From NCBI GenBank assembly GCA_049511155.1, contig JBEKYI010000001.1, positions 1-62,060 on the forward strand: a DNA stretch of 62,060 nt, read 5' to 3'. The notes under the pieces were generated by a model, which was not told where the DNA came from, ran no database searches, and saw nothing but the letters and a program-made list of their open reading frames with translations. The position numbers were made by a program, and so were the translations under genes. Origin of the DNA: Acidimicrobiales bacterium (GTDB lineage Bacteria; Actinomycetota; Acidimicrobiia; Acidimicrobiales; RAAP-2). This document shows, piece by piece, positions 28,481 through 37,560 of this stretch (its first letter is position 1; the number at the start of each line of letters is the position of its first letter).

Positions 28481-28726
28481 CTACGGCCTTTTCCCGACCG
28501 CAAGGTCGCGCACGACGGCCATGTCCGCCTCACTCACGCTCGCGTGAAGTGCGTGCGCGACCTGGGAAATGCGCACGCTGCTCCCACAGCCATCCGCGCA
28601 CCACCACACGCCTCGCCCGTTGCCGCGACCCACATACCAGGTGCCCGATGCGTCACGTCCGAGGCGAAGCAACTCCGCTTCCGGACGACGGCGACGGCAC
28701 ACCACGCACGTGCGAATTGGGGCTAT
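28481..28726 (-). CDS. ylxR: YlxR/DUF448 (RnpM) family RNA-binding protein, predicted non-canonical ATA start
   Basis: (M)APIRTCVVCRRRRPEAELLRL...GRGVWWC matches the YlxR PxRTCxxCR...GRG motifs; lies between nusA and infB. There is no upstream in-frame ATG/GTG/TTG, and GGAGG sits 7 nt before ATA. Confidence 0.8.
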   Translation of the reverse strand: MAPIRTCVVCRRRRPEAELLRLGRDASGTWYVGRGNGRGVWWCADGCGSSVRISQVAHALHASVSEADMAVVRDLAVGKRP

Positions 28727-29871
28727 GCCTCGTCCTCCGCCACTGTCTCTACAACCACCACTTCGGCTACGTCGCCCTCGGCGTCGGTGATCACCGTATC
28801 GGACACCACGGCTTCTACCTCACCGCCCTCACCCACCACGGCGGCGACCGTTTCGTCGACGACCTGGTCACCATCGGTCCAGACTTCTTCGACCACCTCG
28901 TCGTTCCCCTCGTTCTCCGAGCGGATGTCGATACGCCATCCCGTTAAACGAGCCGCCAGGCGGGCGTTCTGACCCTCCTTGCCGATGGCGAGCGACAGCT
29001 GCTGCTCGTGCACGATCACGGTGGCGATGCCCTCGACCTCGTCGAGTCGCACCTCACGCACGCGCGCCGGCTGCAGGGCCGACTGGATGAACTCGACGGG
29101 GTCGTCGCTGTAGGGCACGACGTCGATGCGTTCGCTGCGCAGTTCGTTGGTGATGTTGCGCACGCGCGAACCGCGCGCGCCCACGCAAGCCCCCACGGGA
29201 TCGATCATCTGGTCGTTGGAGGCCACCGCGATCTTGGAGCGGTGGCCGGGTTCGCGCGCCAGCGCCTTGATCTCGACGATGCCACTGGCGATCTCGGGCA
29301 CCTCGATCTCGAAGAGTTTGGCAACGAGGGCCGGGTGCGTACGAGAGACCACGATCTGGGGGCCCTTGTTGGTCTTGCGCACTTCGACGATGTACACCTT
29401 GATGCGCGCGCCATGCTCGTAGCGCTCAAAGGCGATCTGTTCGGCCTGGGGCAGCAACGCCTCCACTCGACCGAGGTCGAGCAGCGTGTAGCGGTTGTCG
29501 TTCTGCTGGACGGTGCCCGAGACGATGTCGCCCTCGCGGTTCGCGAACTCTTCGTACATCTGACGGCGCTGGATGTCACGAATGAGTTGCATCAAGACCT
29601 GCTTGGCCGTCTGGGCCGCGATGCGTCCGAAGTCGTCGGGGGTGGCGTCCCACTCGCGCGTGACGTTGCCTTCCAAGTCGAGTTCCAAGCCCCACACCTT
29701 GATCTCTCCGGTTTCCGGGTTGATCTCGACCTCGGCGTCTTCGGCCGAGTCGGGACGACGCTTGTAGGCGGCGAGCAGGGCGTTGGCGAGGGCGACGAGG
29801 AGCTCTCCCTCGTCGATGTTCTGGTCGCGCGCGATCTGGCCCAAGGCCTCGAGAAATTCGAAGTTAGCCAT
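28723..29871 (-). CDS. nusA: Transcription termination/antitermination factor NusA
   Basis: FGRIAAQTAKQ, VSRTHP, AREPGHRSKIAV, GACVGARGSRV, SLAIGKEGQNARLAARLTGWRIDI. Confidence 0.96.
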   Translation of the reverse strand: MANFEFLEALGQIARDQNIDEGELLVALANALLAAYKRRPDSAEDAEVEINPETGEIKVWGLELDLEGNVTREWDATPDDFGRIAAQTAKQVLMQLIRDIQRRQMYEEFANREGDIVSGTVQQNDNRYTLLDLGRVEALLPQAEQIAFERYEHGARIKVYIVEVRKTNKGPQIVVSRTHPALVAKLFEIEVPEIASGIVEIKALAREPGHRSKIAVASNDQMIDPVGACVGARGSRVRNITNELRSERIDVVPYSDDPVEFIQSALQPARVREVRLDEVEGIATVIVHEQQLSLAIGKEGQNARLAARLTGWRIDIRSENEGNDEVVEEVWTDGDQVVDETVAAVVGEGGEVEAVVSDTVITDAEGDVAEVVVVETVAEDEA

Positions 29872-29873
29872 AT

Positions 29874-30377
29874 CTAGCCTTTCTTGCTCGTCGAGTGGGC
29901 GCGCGCACCCTTCGTCGCGGTCTTGGTACTGACCGGCTTGGTGGCGCCCCAATAGAAGACGGTGCGCGCACGTTCGATCTTGTCGAGGGGTACGACGATG
30001 AGCCCGGCGTCATTGTCATCAATCGTGAGAGTTGAGTCGGTGACCTCGCTCAGCGTTCCTTCGAGACGTCGAGTGGGCGCGTCATCGCGCAGCTCACGCA
30101 ACGTCACCACTTCGCCGACGGCACTGTGAAAGTGCGCGGGCGTGCGTAGCCGACGCTCCAGTCCCGGACTCGAGACGTCGAGTGTGAAACGACCGGCAAT
30201 GGGATCGTGGGCATCCAGCCACTCAGAAATCACCCGGTTCGCCTTCGTGAGAGATTCGAGGTCCACTCCCCCCGCCCGAGAGACGACCACATCGAGGGTC
30301 CCCGAGGAAAATTCCACATCGTAGAGGTCCAGCCCCAGCGGTTCTAGGAGCGGTCGGAGCGTGGCGTCCCAATCCAT
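29874..30377 (-). CDS. rimP: Ribosome maturation factor RimP
   Basis: LDVSSPGLERRL motif; first gene of the nusA operon; AAAGGAG SD before ATG 30377. Confidence 0.92.
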   Translation of the reverse strand: MDWDATLRPLLEPLGLDLYDVEFSSGTLDVVVSRAGGVDLESLTKANRVISEWLDAHDPIAGRFTLDVSSPGLERRLRTPAHFHSAVGEVVTLRELRDDAPTRRLEGTLSEVTDSTLTIDDNDAGLIVVPLDKIERARTVFYWGATKPVSTKTATKGARAHSTSKKG

Positions 30378-30418
30378 TTCCGTCTCCTTTCGCTGTCGCT
30401 CCGGCCCGACAGACATTG

Positions 30419-30446
30419 AAAAAGCGCGGGCCCGAGGCCCGCGCTT
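30419..30446 (-). promoter_or_regulatory. rimP leader hairpin (terminator-like attenuator)
   Basis: Minus strand AAGCGCGGGCC-TCG-GGCCCGCGCTT followed by TTT, lying between the promoter and rimP; matches the described rimP-leader type. Confidence 0.75.
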
Positions 30447-30484
30447 AAACGAGTCCATACGTCCTGAGCGGACTGTAGGCATCA

Positions 30485-30513
30485 ATTGTAGCAGTGAATT
30501 ACTGGTGTCACAA
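30485..30513 (-). promoter_or_regulatory. Sigma70/SigA promoter of the rimP-nusA-infB operon
   Basis: TTGTGA (30513-30508), 17-nt spacer, TACAAT (30490-30485) with an extended TG. Confidence 0.7.
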
Positions 30514-30571
30514 CGGGAAACCCTTGCAGTAATCCTCACTGCACTGCAATAAAGTTCAGTTTAAATCTTCC

Positions 30572-31981
30572 CTAATAACTCTTCGACACGAGACAGATCA
30601 GCCCGCCCTCTTCCTCGCTTTCGGGCATCGAGCCATCCTGGCGTTGGAGGCAGCGAACGCTGACGGCTTGAGCGTTGAGGGTCTGTTCGCCCTCGCCCGC
30701 GACGAGGTCCCAGGCGAGACGAGCGAAGCCGTCGCTCGCGGCTTCGAGCGCTTCGTCCAGGCTGGTGACGTCCTGGGTTGACGAGTCGCGATGGGCAATG
30801 GCGCGCGCCAACAGGTCGCTCTGCATGCGCTCGAGCAGCGAGGGAACGTCGCTCGCCAGCGCGTTGAGGACGTGAGTCGTCTTGGCGCCAGTGTCGCGGC
30901 GTACCAAGGTGACGTGGCCTTGGGCCAGATCCCGCGGACCGACCTCGAGACGTAACGGGATGCCCTTGATCTCCCAGTCGGTCACGCGACGCCCGAAGCT
31001 GCCGCGACCGCGATCGATCTCAACGCGAACCCCCGCCTCGCTCAGTTCAGCCGCCACGCGGGCGCAGGCTTCGTTGACCTCGGGCTCGTCGCGCACGGCC
31101 ACGACCACGAGTTGCGTGGGAGCAAGTCGCGGCGGCACGATCAGTCCGTTGTCGTCGCCGTGAGCCATGATGAGCCCCCCGATCAGGCGTGTGGAGGCGC
31201 CCCACGAGGTCGTAAAGCACAGCTGGGCTTCACCGGCTTCGCTCTGGAAGTAGATGTCGAAGGCGCGCGCGAAGTTCCGTCCCAGCTCGTGGGTGGTCAT
31301 CATCTGCAGGGCCTTGCCGTCGCGCATGACGCCCTCTCCGGTCATGGAGTTGATCGCGCCGGGAAATCTCTCGCTGGCCGGCTTGATGCCGATGAAGCAG
31401 GGCACGGCCATGACGTCGAGGAGAAAGTTGTTGTACACCTCGTAGTGGATGCGACGGGCGTAGGCCGAGGCGTCCTCGTAACTCGCGTGGGCGGTGTGAC
31501 CCTCCTGCCAGAGGAACTCCGAGCTGCGCAAAAAGAGCCGTGGACGAAGCTCCCAGCGCACGACGTTCGCCCACTGATTGAGCAGCAGCGGGAGATCCCG
31601 GTAGCTCTGAATCCACTTGGCCATGAACTCACCGATCACCGTCTCGGAGGTGGGCCGCACCACGATGGGCTCGGCTAAGTCCTCGCCCCCGGCGTGAGTG
31701 ACGACGGCCAACTCGGGGCTAAATCCCTCGACGTGCTCGGCTTCGCGCGAGAAGTAGCTCTCGGGGATGAAGAGGGGAAAGTACGCGTTCTTCGCCCCAG
31801 TGGCCTTGATCCTGGTATCCATCTCGGCCTGCATGCGCTCCCAGATCGCGTAGCCGTAAGGACGGATCACCATCGTGCCGCGCACCGGGCCGTTGTCGGC
31901 CATCTCGGCCTTGGCGACGACGTCTTGATACCAGCGCGGGAAGTCTTGGGACTGTGGGGTCAGCACGCTCTGTTGAGCCAC
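30572..31981 (-). CDS. proS: Proline--tRNA ligase, archaeal/eukaryotic (Thermus-like) type
   Basis: WYQDVV, HVEGFSPE, RPTSET, QWANVVRWE, EFLWQEGH, C-terminal KSY; 469 aa with no INS editing domain. Confidence 0.95.
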   Translation of the reverse strand: MAQQSVLTPQSQDFPRWYQDVVAKAEMADNGPVRGTMVIRPYGYAIWERMQAEMDTRIKATGAKNAYFPLFIPESYFSREAEHVEGFSPELAVVTHAGGEDLAEPIVVRPTSETVIGEFMAKWIQSYRDLPLLLNQWANVVRWELRPRLFLRSSEFLWQEGHTAHASYEDASAYARRIHYEVYNNFLLDVMAVPCFIGIKPASERFPGAINSMTGEGVMRDGKALQMMTTHELGRNFARAFDIYFQSEAGEAQLCFTTSWGASTRLIGGLIMAHGDDNGLIVPPRLAPTQLVVVAVRDEPEVNEACARVAAELSEAGVRVEIDRGRGSFGRRVTDWEIKGIPLRLEVGPRDLAQGHVTLVRRDTGAKTTHVLNALASDVPSLLERMQSDLLARAIAHRDSSTQDVTSLDEALEAASDGFARLAWDLVAGEGEQTLNAQAVSVRCLQRQDGSMPESEEEGGLICLVSKSY

Positions 31982-32026
31982 GGCACTCCTTTAAGAATTC
32001 GGACCAGGCTACGCGAGAGTGCTGGC

Positions 32027-33250
32027 TTACGTGTGACGTCGAATCTGTTCGATCTTGACCTGGGCGTTGTTGGCGTCAGCACCCCGGTCGTCCAACAGCG
32101 CGGCACGGTCGGCTTCGGCTTCTTTCTCCGCGCTCGCGTCGCGCGCGGCGAGGCGCGCCTCAAGGCCCTCTTCGATGATCTTGGTGGCCTCGTCGACGAG
32201 GGCCGAGACCATCTCGTCTTCGGGCACGACGCGAATGATCTGGCCCTGGATAAAGAGGTGTCCGCGGTGCTTACCCGCGGCGATCCCGAGGTCCGCGTGA
32301 CGCGCTTCGCCCGGTCCGTTCACGACGCAACCCATCACCGCAACCTGCAGTGGAATGTTCATGGCGCTGAGGGCGTCCTGGGCCTCGTTGGCCACCTTGA
32401 TGACGTCGATCTCGGCGCGTCCGCAGCTGGGACACGCAATCAGGTCGAGACCCTTGCGTTCGCGCAGACCGAGCGACTCGAGCAGCGTTCGCCCGGCGCG
32501 CGCCTCTTCAACGGGGTCGGCAGTAAGTGAGTAGCGCAGCGTGTCGCCGATGCCCTCGGCGAGCAGCGTGCCGATACCGGCCGTGCCCTTGAGGAGTCCC
32601 CACGGCAGGGGCCCGGCTTCGGTGACGCCGAGGTGCAGGGGATGATCGAAGGTCTCAGAAGCCAGACGGTAGGCGGCGATCATGAGGGCCACCGAGGATG
32701 CCTTCACCGAGATCTTGACGTCGCTAAAGCCCACCTCTTCGAAGTAGGCCAACTCGATGCGCGCCGACTCCACCAGCGCTTCGGGCGTCGCACCGCCGAA
32801 TCGTTCGTAGATGTCGGGGTGCAGTGAGCCCGCGTTCACGCCGATGCGAATGGGCACGCCGCGGTCCTTGGCTTCGCTCGCGACGAGCTTGATCTCTTCG
32901 GGCTTGCGCAGGTTGCCCGGATTGAGGCGCAGTCCGTTCACGCCAGCCTCGAGTGCTGCCAGCGCCATCTCCACGTGGAAGTGGATGTCGGCCACGATGG
33001 GCACGGGCGAACGCGGCACGATCTGGGCGAGACCCTCAGCCGCGGCGCGCTCGTTGCAGGTACAGCGCACGATGTCGGCCCCGTTGGCCGCCAGAGCGTA
33101 GATCTGCTGGAGCGTACCTTCGACGTCGGCGGTCTTGGTCGTGGTCATGGATTGGACCGAGATGGGCGCGTCACCACCGACTTTGACCGAGCCCACACTG
33201 ATCTGGCGGGTGGGACGACGGGGCGTGATCAATCGGGAGGAGACTTCCAT
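32027..33250 (-). CDS. ispG: (E)-4-hydroxy-3-methylbut-2-enyl-diphosphate synthase
   Basis: ISVQSMTTT, ADIHF, RLNPGN, HLGVTEAG, CPSCGR, MGCVVNGPGE. Confidence 0.96.
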   Translation of the reverse strand: MEVSSRLITPRRPTRQISVGSVKVGGDAPISVQSMTTTKTADVEGTLQQIYALAANGADIVRCTCNERAAAEGLAQIVPRSPVPIVADIHFHVEMALAALEAGVNGLRLNPGNLRKPEEIKLVASEAKDRGVPIRIGVNAGSLHPDIYERFGGATPEALVESARIELAYFEEVGFSDVKISVKASSVALMIAAYRLASETFDHPLHLGVTEAGPLPWGLLKGTAGIGTLLAEGIGDTLRYSLTADPVEEARAGRTLLESLGLRERKGLDLIACPSCGRAEIDVIKVANEAQDALSAMNIPLQVAVMGCVVNGPGEARHADLGIAAGKHRGHLFIQGQIIRVVPEDEMVSALVDEATKIIEEGLEARLAARDASAEKEAEADRAALLDDRGADANNAQVKIEQIRRHT

Positions 33251-33289
33251 GCCTCTAGTCTGCCGTGTTCGAGGTCGGCGCGGTGCGCC

Positions 33290-34531
33290 CTAGAAGGGAT
33301 TGGCGATCGGGTGCGCGATGTCCAGGTACAGGGTGCAGGCAAAGAGCACCAGCAGCGCGCTCATGAAGGCGTAGACGACCGGGGCCAGCTTGTTGATATC
33401 GGCCCGATAGCGCACGCCGCGGCGCGATCGAAGTCGTTCGTAGGTGGCGATGGCGACGTACCCGCCGTCGAGGGGCAACATGGGCAACATGTTCAGCACG
33501 CCGACGAAGATGTTGACCAGGGCCAGGATCGTGATCAGTGGGAGGGCCCCGGCGTTCGCGGCTTGATCGGCGAATCGCACCACTCCGACGATCGACGACG
33601 GACGAGTGTCTTCATTTTTCGGATTGGTCGCCGCCTTGGCGTCGGCCACTTGGTGAAAGAGGCTGGGAAACTCACCGGGAAGTCGACCGATGGCCACGAA
33701 GGCGTCGCCGACGTAGTGGCCGATCTCGCTAAAGGAGTCGGGGATGGCCGCCAGGGGCGACGTGTGAACCGTCAGCTCGGTCACCTCGATGCCGATGTAC
33801 CCGTGAGCCGGTAGAGGCTTTCCGCCCACCTTGATCGTCCGGCCGTTCACCGGAGTCACGTTCAGGGTGAGAGCGCGGCCATCGCGCTCCACGACGAGGG
33901 TGAGGTGCTTGCCCGCAGAGCCGTGCAGAATCTTGGTGAGTTGATCGATGCTCGTGATGGTGGTGCCGTCGATCTTGGTGATCTGGTCGCCCACGTGGAG
34001 TCCGGCTATCTGCGCAACCGTTTCCTTGTGACCCTGCCACTGGGTAAAGGAGCCCACCCCGACGTGGGTCGGCGACGGGTTGCCAATGAAGGTGAGGGCG
34101 ACCCAGGCCAGGGCCAGGGCCATGATGACGTGCATGATCGAACCGGCCGACGCGAAGAGCACCTTCTTGGGATACGACGCTTCGCGGTACGTACGGGCCT
34201 CTTCGTCGGGTGGCACCGCTGCCCCCCACGTCATCCCGGGGACCTTCACGTACCCACCGAGCGGCAGGACCCGGATGCCGTAGCGAGTCTCGCCGCGCTG
34301 GGTCGACCACAGCACCGGACCGAACCCCACGAAGAAGTCGGTGACCAGAAGTCCGGCGCGTTTGGCGGTGATGAAGTGGCCGAACTCGTGTCCCATCACC
34401 ATGAACAAGATCAAGAAGATGACCAGGGGCAGCGCCCAACCCACCAGCCACGTGAGCAGTCCCACGAAGGCGAGAATGCCGACAAAGAGCGCCCAGGGAG
34501 ACTGGCGCAACGACGAAGACGCAGAGTCCAT
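33290..34531 (-). CDS. rseP: Site-2 metalloprotease RseP/Rip1 (M50, PDZ)
   Basis: HEFGH, PLGGYV, PDZ domain, NMLPMLPLDGG; located between dxr and ispG. Confidence 0.9.
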   Translation of the reverse strand: MDSASSSLRQSPWALFVGILAFVGLLTWLVGWALPLVIFLILFMVMGHEFGHFITAKRAGLLVTDFFVGFGPVLWSTQRGETRYGIRVLPLGGYVKVPGMTWGAAVPPDEEARTYREASYPKKVLFASAGSIMHVIMALALAWVALTFIGNPSPTHVGVGSFTQWQGHKETVAQIAGLHVGDQITKIDGTTITSIDQLTKILHGSAGKHLTLVVERDGRALTLNVTPVNGRTIKVGGKPLPAHGYIGIEVTELTVHTSPLAAIPDSFSEIGHYVGDAFVAIGRLPGEFPSLFHQVADAKAATNPKNEDTRPSSIVGVVRFADQAANAGALPLITILALVNIFVGVLNMLPMLPLDGGYVAIATYERLRSRRGVRYRADINKLAPVVYAFMSALLVLFACTLYLDIAHPIANPF

Positions 34532-34533
34532 GA

Positions 34534-35700
34534 CTACTTTTTGAGGCTAGCGTGCGCCAATCGTCGAGCGACATCGTCGTTTTCGTACAGCGACGCCAAG
34601 TCTTCTAGGTCTTGTCCCTCATAGTGATCCATGGTGGTGGCCACGACCGCAACGATGTCGCACCAGTTGATCTCGTCCTTTAAGAAGGCCTCCACCGCCA
34701 CCTCGTTGGCGGCACTCAGCCAGGCGGGAGCCGCCCCGCCGAGACGCGCCGCCTCGTAGGCCAGTGAGAGTGCGGGAAAGGCGTCAAGGTCGGGCGACTC
34801 GAAGGTCAGCTCGAGTGGCGAGGTGAAGTCGAGTCGTCCGTAGCCGTGATCGAGTCGCTCGGGCGCGCCCAGGCAGTAGGCGATCGGAAGACGCATATCG
34901 GGGTTCGAGAGTTGCGCGAGGACCGAGCCATCGATGTACTCGACCATGGAGTGCACGACCGACTGGGGATGGACGACCACTTCGACCCGGTCGACCTCAA
35001 TGCCAAAGAAGGCGGTCGCCTCCATCACCTCGAGGCCCTTGTTCATCAAGGTCGAGGAGTCGATCGTGATCTTGGCCCCCATGGACCACGTCGGATGGCG
35101 CAGCGCTTCGTCCTTGGTCGCGCCCTTGAGCTGCTCCTTCGACCAGCCGCGAAAGGGACCGCCCGACGCGGTGATGAGCAGTCGGCGCACGTCGGGATAG
35201 CCCAGTCCGTAGGGAGAGCTCGCGAGACACTGATGGATCGCACAGTGCTCGGAGTCCACCGGGAGCAGTTCGGCCCCGGGCGTCGCGCGCACTTTGGCCA
35301 CCAGCGGCGCGGCCGCGATGAGCGACTCCTTGTTGGCGAGCGCGAGCCGACGACCGGCCGAGAGCGCACCCAGGGTCACGGGCAGACCGGCGAAGCCCAA
35401 GACCGCGTTCATCACGACGTCAGCGTCGCGCGCAAGTTCTTCGAGTCCCTGCTCGCCCACCAGAATCTCCACGTCGCCGCCGAGCAGATCAGCCAGCGTG
35501 GCCCGGTGCGACTCGGACTTCACTCCCACGCGCTTCACGTGGAACTCGCGCGCGATGGCCGCGAGTTCACTCACTTGCTCGCCGCCGGCGATCGAGACAA
35601 GCTCGAAACGCTCTCGTTCACGGCGCAGCACGTCGAGGGTCTGGACGCCAATCGATCCCGTGGCTCCAAGTAACGCCACGCGGTGGCGCACGTGCGACAT
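34534..35700 (-). CDS. dxr: 1-deoxy-D-xylulose 5-phosphate reductoisomerase
   Basis: GATGSIG, LANKESL, PVDSEH, TASGGPF, HPTWSMG, NKGLE, AANEVAV. Confidence 0.96.
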   Translation of the reverse strand: MSHVRHRVALLGATGSIGVQTLDVLRRERERFELVSIAGGEQVSELAAIAREFHVKRVGVKSESHRATLADLLGGDVEILVGEQGLEELARDADVVMNAVLGFAGLPVTLGALSAGRRLALANKESLIAAAPLVAKVRATPGAELLPVDSEHCAIHQCLASSPYGLGYPDVRRLLITASGGPFRGWSKEQLKGATKDEALRHPTWSMGAKITIDSSTLMNKGLEVMEATAFFGIEVDRVEVVVHPQSVVHSMVEYIDGSVLAQLSNPDMRLPIAYCLGAPERLDHGYGRLDFTSPLELTFESPDLDAFPALSLAYEAARLGGAAPAWLSAANEVAVEAFLKDEINWCDIVAVVATTMDHYEGQDLEDLASLYENDDVARRLAHASLKK

Positions 35701-35702
35701 CA

Positions 35703-37001
35703 CTAACTCAGCTTGATGACGTGCAACAAGTAGTACATCGTCGGCAGCGCGAAGAGCAGGCCGTCAATTCGATCCAGCAGTCCACCGTGTCCGGGCAGCA
35801 GCCGCCCGAAGTCCTTGAGGCCGAGGGTTCGCTTGACCATCGATTCGAACAGGTCACCGAGGGGCACCACGATCGACAGCGCCACCGCCGCCTCCACTCC
35901 GTGGGCCACCGTCCAGGGACTCATGACGGGCAGCAACAACGCACCAGCGATCAAGGTGACAATGGTGCCGCCGATGGTTCCTTCGATTGTCTTGTTCGGC
36001 GAGAGAGTGGCGTTGAGGGGATGACTGCCGAACCAACGCCCGGTAAACAGTGCGGCCGCGTCATTGCAGATCGTCAGCGCCAGTGCGCCGAAGACGAAGG
36101 CCATGCCGTTGCGGTTGGGATAAGTGTGGGGCGCGAGCATCACGATGGCGTAGCTACCCAGCACCCCAACCCAGGCGTAGACGAAGAACGTCGCACCCAG
36201 CCCGTCGAGCACGTCGATCTTGGTCGGAGCAAACATGTACCAGACGAAGCCAAAGATCACGAGCAGCACCGTCACGGCGCCCACCACAACCAGGCCCTTG
36301 TTGTAGACCGCGATCCCCAGGGTCAACACGGCCGCGATGCCCAAGATCGTGGCGGGGTGCGCACCCACGCTGCGAAAACCGGCGAAGGCTTCGCCGGCCG
36401 CCAGGGCGAGGGCGATGAGTACCAGCACGCTCAGCGCGAGGGGTCCCGCGAAAAAGACGCCAAAGACGACGATGGCAAGCCCGACGCCGGTCATGGTGGC
36501 GAGCGACACGCTGTTCGAGGTCTGGCGAACGGCCCGTCCGGCCAAGGGATTATGGGTCACCCGCTGGCGAGTGCGCTGTTCGCGCTGGGGCTCGGGACGA
36601 GGGGCTTCGGCGACCGGCTCGTCGTCGACCTCCTCCACGCTCAAGTTGAACTCCCAAGGCCGCGAGTCGTCCGCTTTGGCTTCGCCGGCGAGGAAGGATG
36701 CGTCGAACTGCCCTTCGTGGGCGACCCAGTCGGCCTCGCCCTCGCGCCACGCGGGGGCCGGCACCGCGGACCACGGGTCGTCGTCCTTGGTGCCCTCGCG
36801 CGCCACGACGATCGGCACTTGTCCGGTGGGCGCGTCGGTCCAGTGGGGCAACAACGTGTCGGGGTCCACGACCGGTGCGTCCTCGGCGATCTCCGAAGCG
36901 ATCTCGGCGCCGGTGATCGTGACGCGAGGGTCGCTGGAACTCGCCACCGGGAACTGTCCGGTGGGCTCGTCCTCGTGCGTGCCGTCGTCGTCAGACTTCA
37001 A
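35703..37001 (-). CDS. cdsA: Phosphatidate cytidylyltransferase with long acidic N-terminal extension
   Basis: SPNKTIEG, GDLFESMVKR, KDFG..LPGHGGLLDRID. TTG start at 37001 overlapping the frr end, after AAGGAGCAGGA. Confidence 0.9.
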   Translation of the reverse strand: MKSDDDGTHEDEPTGQFPVASSSDPRVTITGAEIASEIAEDAPVVDPDTLLPHWTDAPTGQVPIVVAREGTKDDDPWSAVPAPAWREGEADWVAHEGQFDASFLAGEAKADDSRPWEFNLSVEEVDDEPVAEAPRPEPQREQRTRQRVTHNPLAGRAVRQTSNSVSLATMTGVGLAIVVFGVFFAGPLALSVLVLIALALAAGEAFAGFRSVGAHPATILGIAAVLTLGIAVYNKGLVVVGAVTVLLVIFGFVWYMFAPTKIDVLDGLGATFFVYAWVGVLGSYAIVMLAPHTYPNRNGMAFVFGALALTICNDAAALFTGRWFGSHPLNATLSPNKTIEGTIGGTIVTLIAGALLLPVMSPWTVAHGVEAAVALSIVVPLGDLFESMVKRTLGLKDFGRLLPGHGGLLDRIDGLLFALPTMYYLLHVIKLS

Positions 37002-37560
37002 GAAGTTCCTGCTCCTTGTGTGCCAACAGCTCATCCACCACGGCGACTTCGTCGTGGGTCATCTTGTCCAAGATCTTCTCGAGTCGCTCAATCTCATCAC
37101 TCGAGAGACTCTCTTCCTTCTCTAAGTTTTCGAGTTCCTGACGCGCGTGACGGCGCACCCCGCGCAGGGCCACGCGTCCCTCTTCGGCCTTGGTCTTGAC
37201 GATCTTGACGAAGTCGCGGCGGCGCTCTTCGGTGAGGGCGGGAAAGTTCAGTCGAATGACCTGACCATCGCTCGAGGGCGTCAGACCGAGATTCGCGTTC
37301 CCGATCGCCTTTTCAATCGCGGGAATCGATGACTTGTCAAAGGGGGAAACGACGAGCAGGCGTGGCTCGGGCACCGAAAAGTTCGCGAGCTGCTTGAGGG
37401 GGGTCTCGGTGCCGTAGTACTCGATGAGCAGGCCGTCGACGAGCGACGACGTGGCCCGGCCCGTGCGAACGGTGGCGAACTCGACCTTGAGGTGTTCGAT
37501 CGCGCGCGCCATTTTCTCGCGGGTGTCGTCCATCACCAAGTCGACGAGTTCGTTCTCCAT
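36991..37560 (-). CDS. frr: Ribosome recycling factor
   Basis: VRTGRA, YYGTETPL, PALTEERR, HKEQEL. Confidence 0.96.
   Translation of the reverse strand: MENELVDLVMDDTREKMARAIEHLKVEFATVRTGRATSSLVDGLLIEYYGTETPLKQLANFSVPEPRLLVVSPFDKSSIPAIEKAIGNANLGLTPSSDGQVIRLNFPALTEERRRDFVKIVKTKAEEGRVALRGVRRHARQELENLEKEESLSSDEIERLEKILDKMTHDEVAVVDELLAHKEQELLEV

Noticed and set aside
30523-30549. TTGCAGT...ACTGCAA inverted repeat after proS
   Set aside because: Short 7-bp arms with a long loop and no U-tract on the coding strand; too weak to call a terminator or operator.
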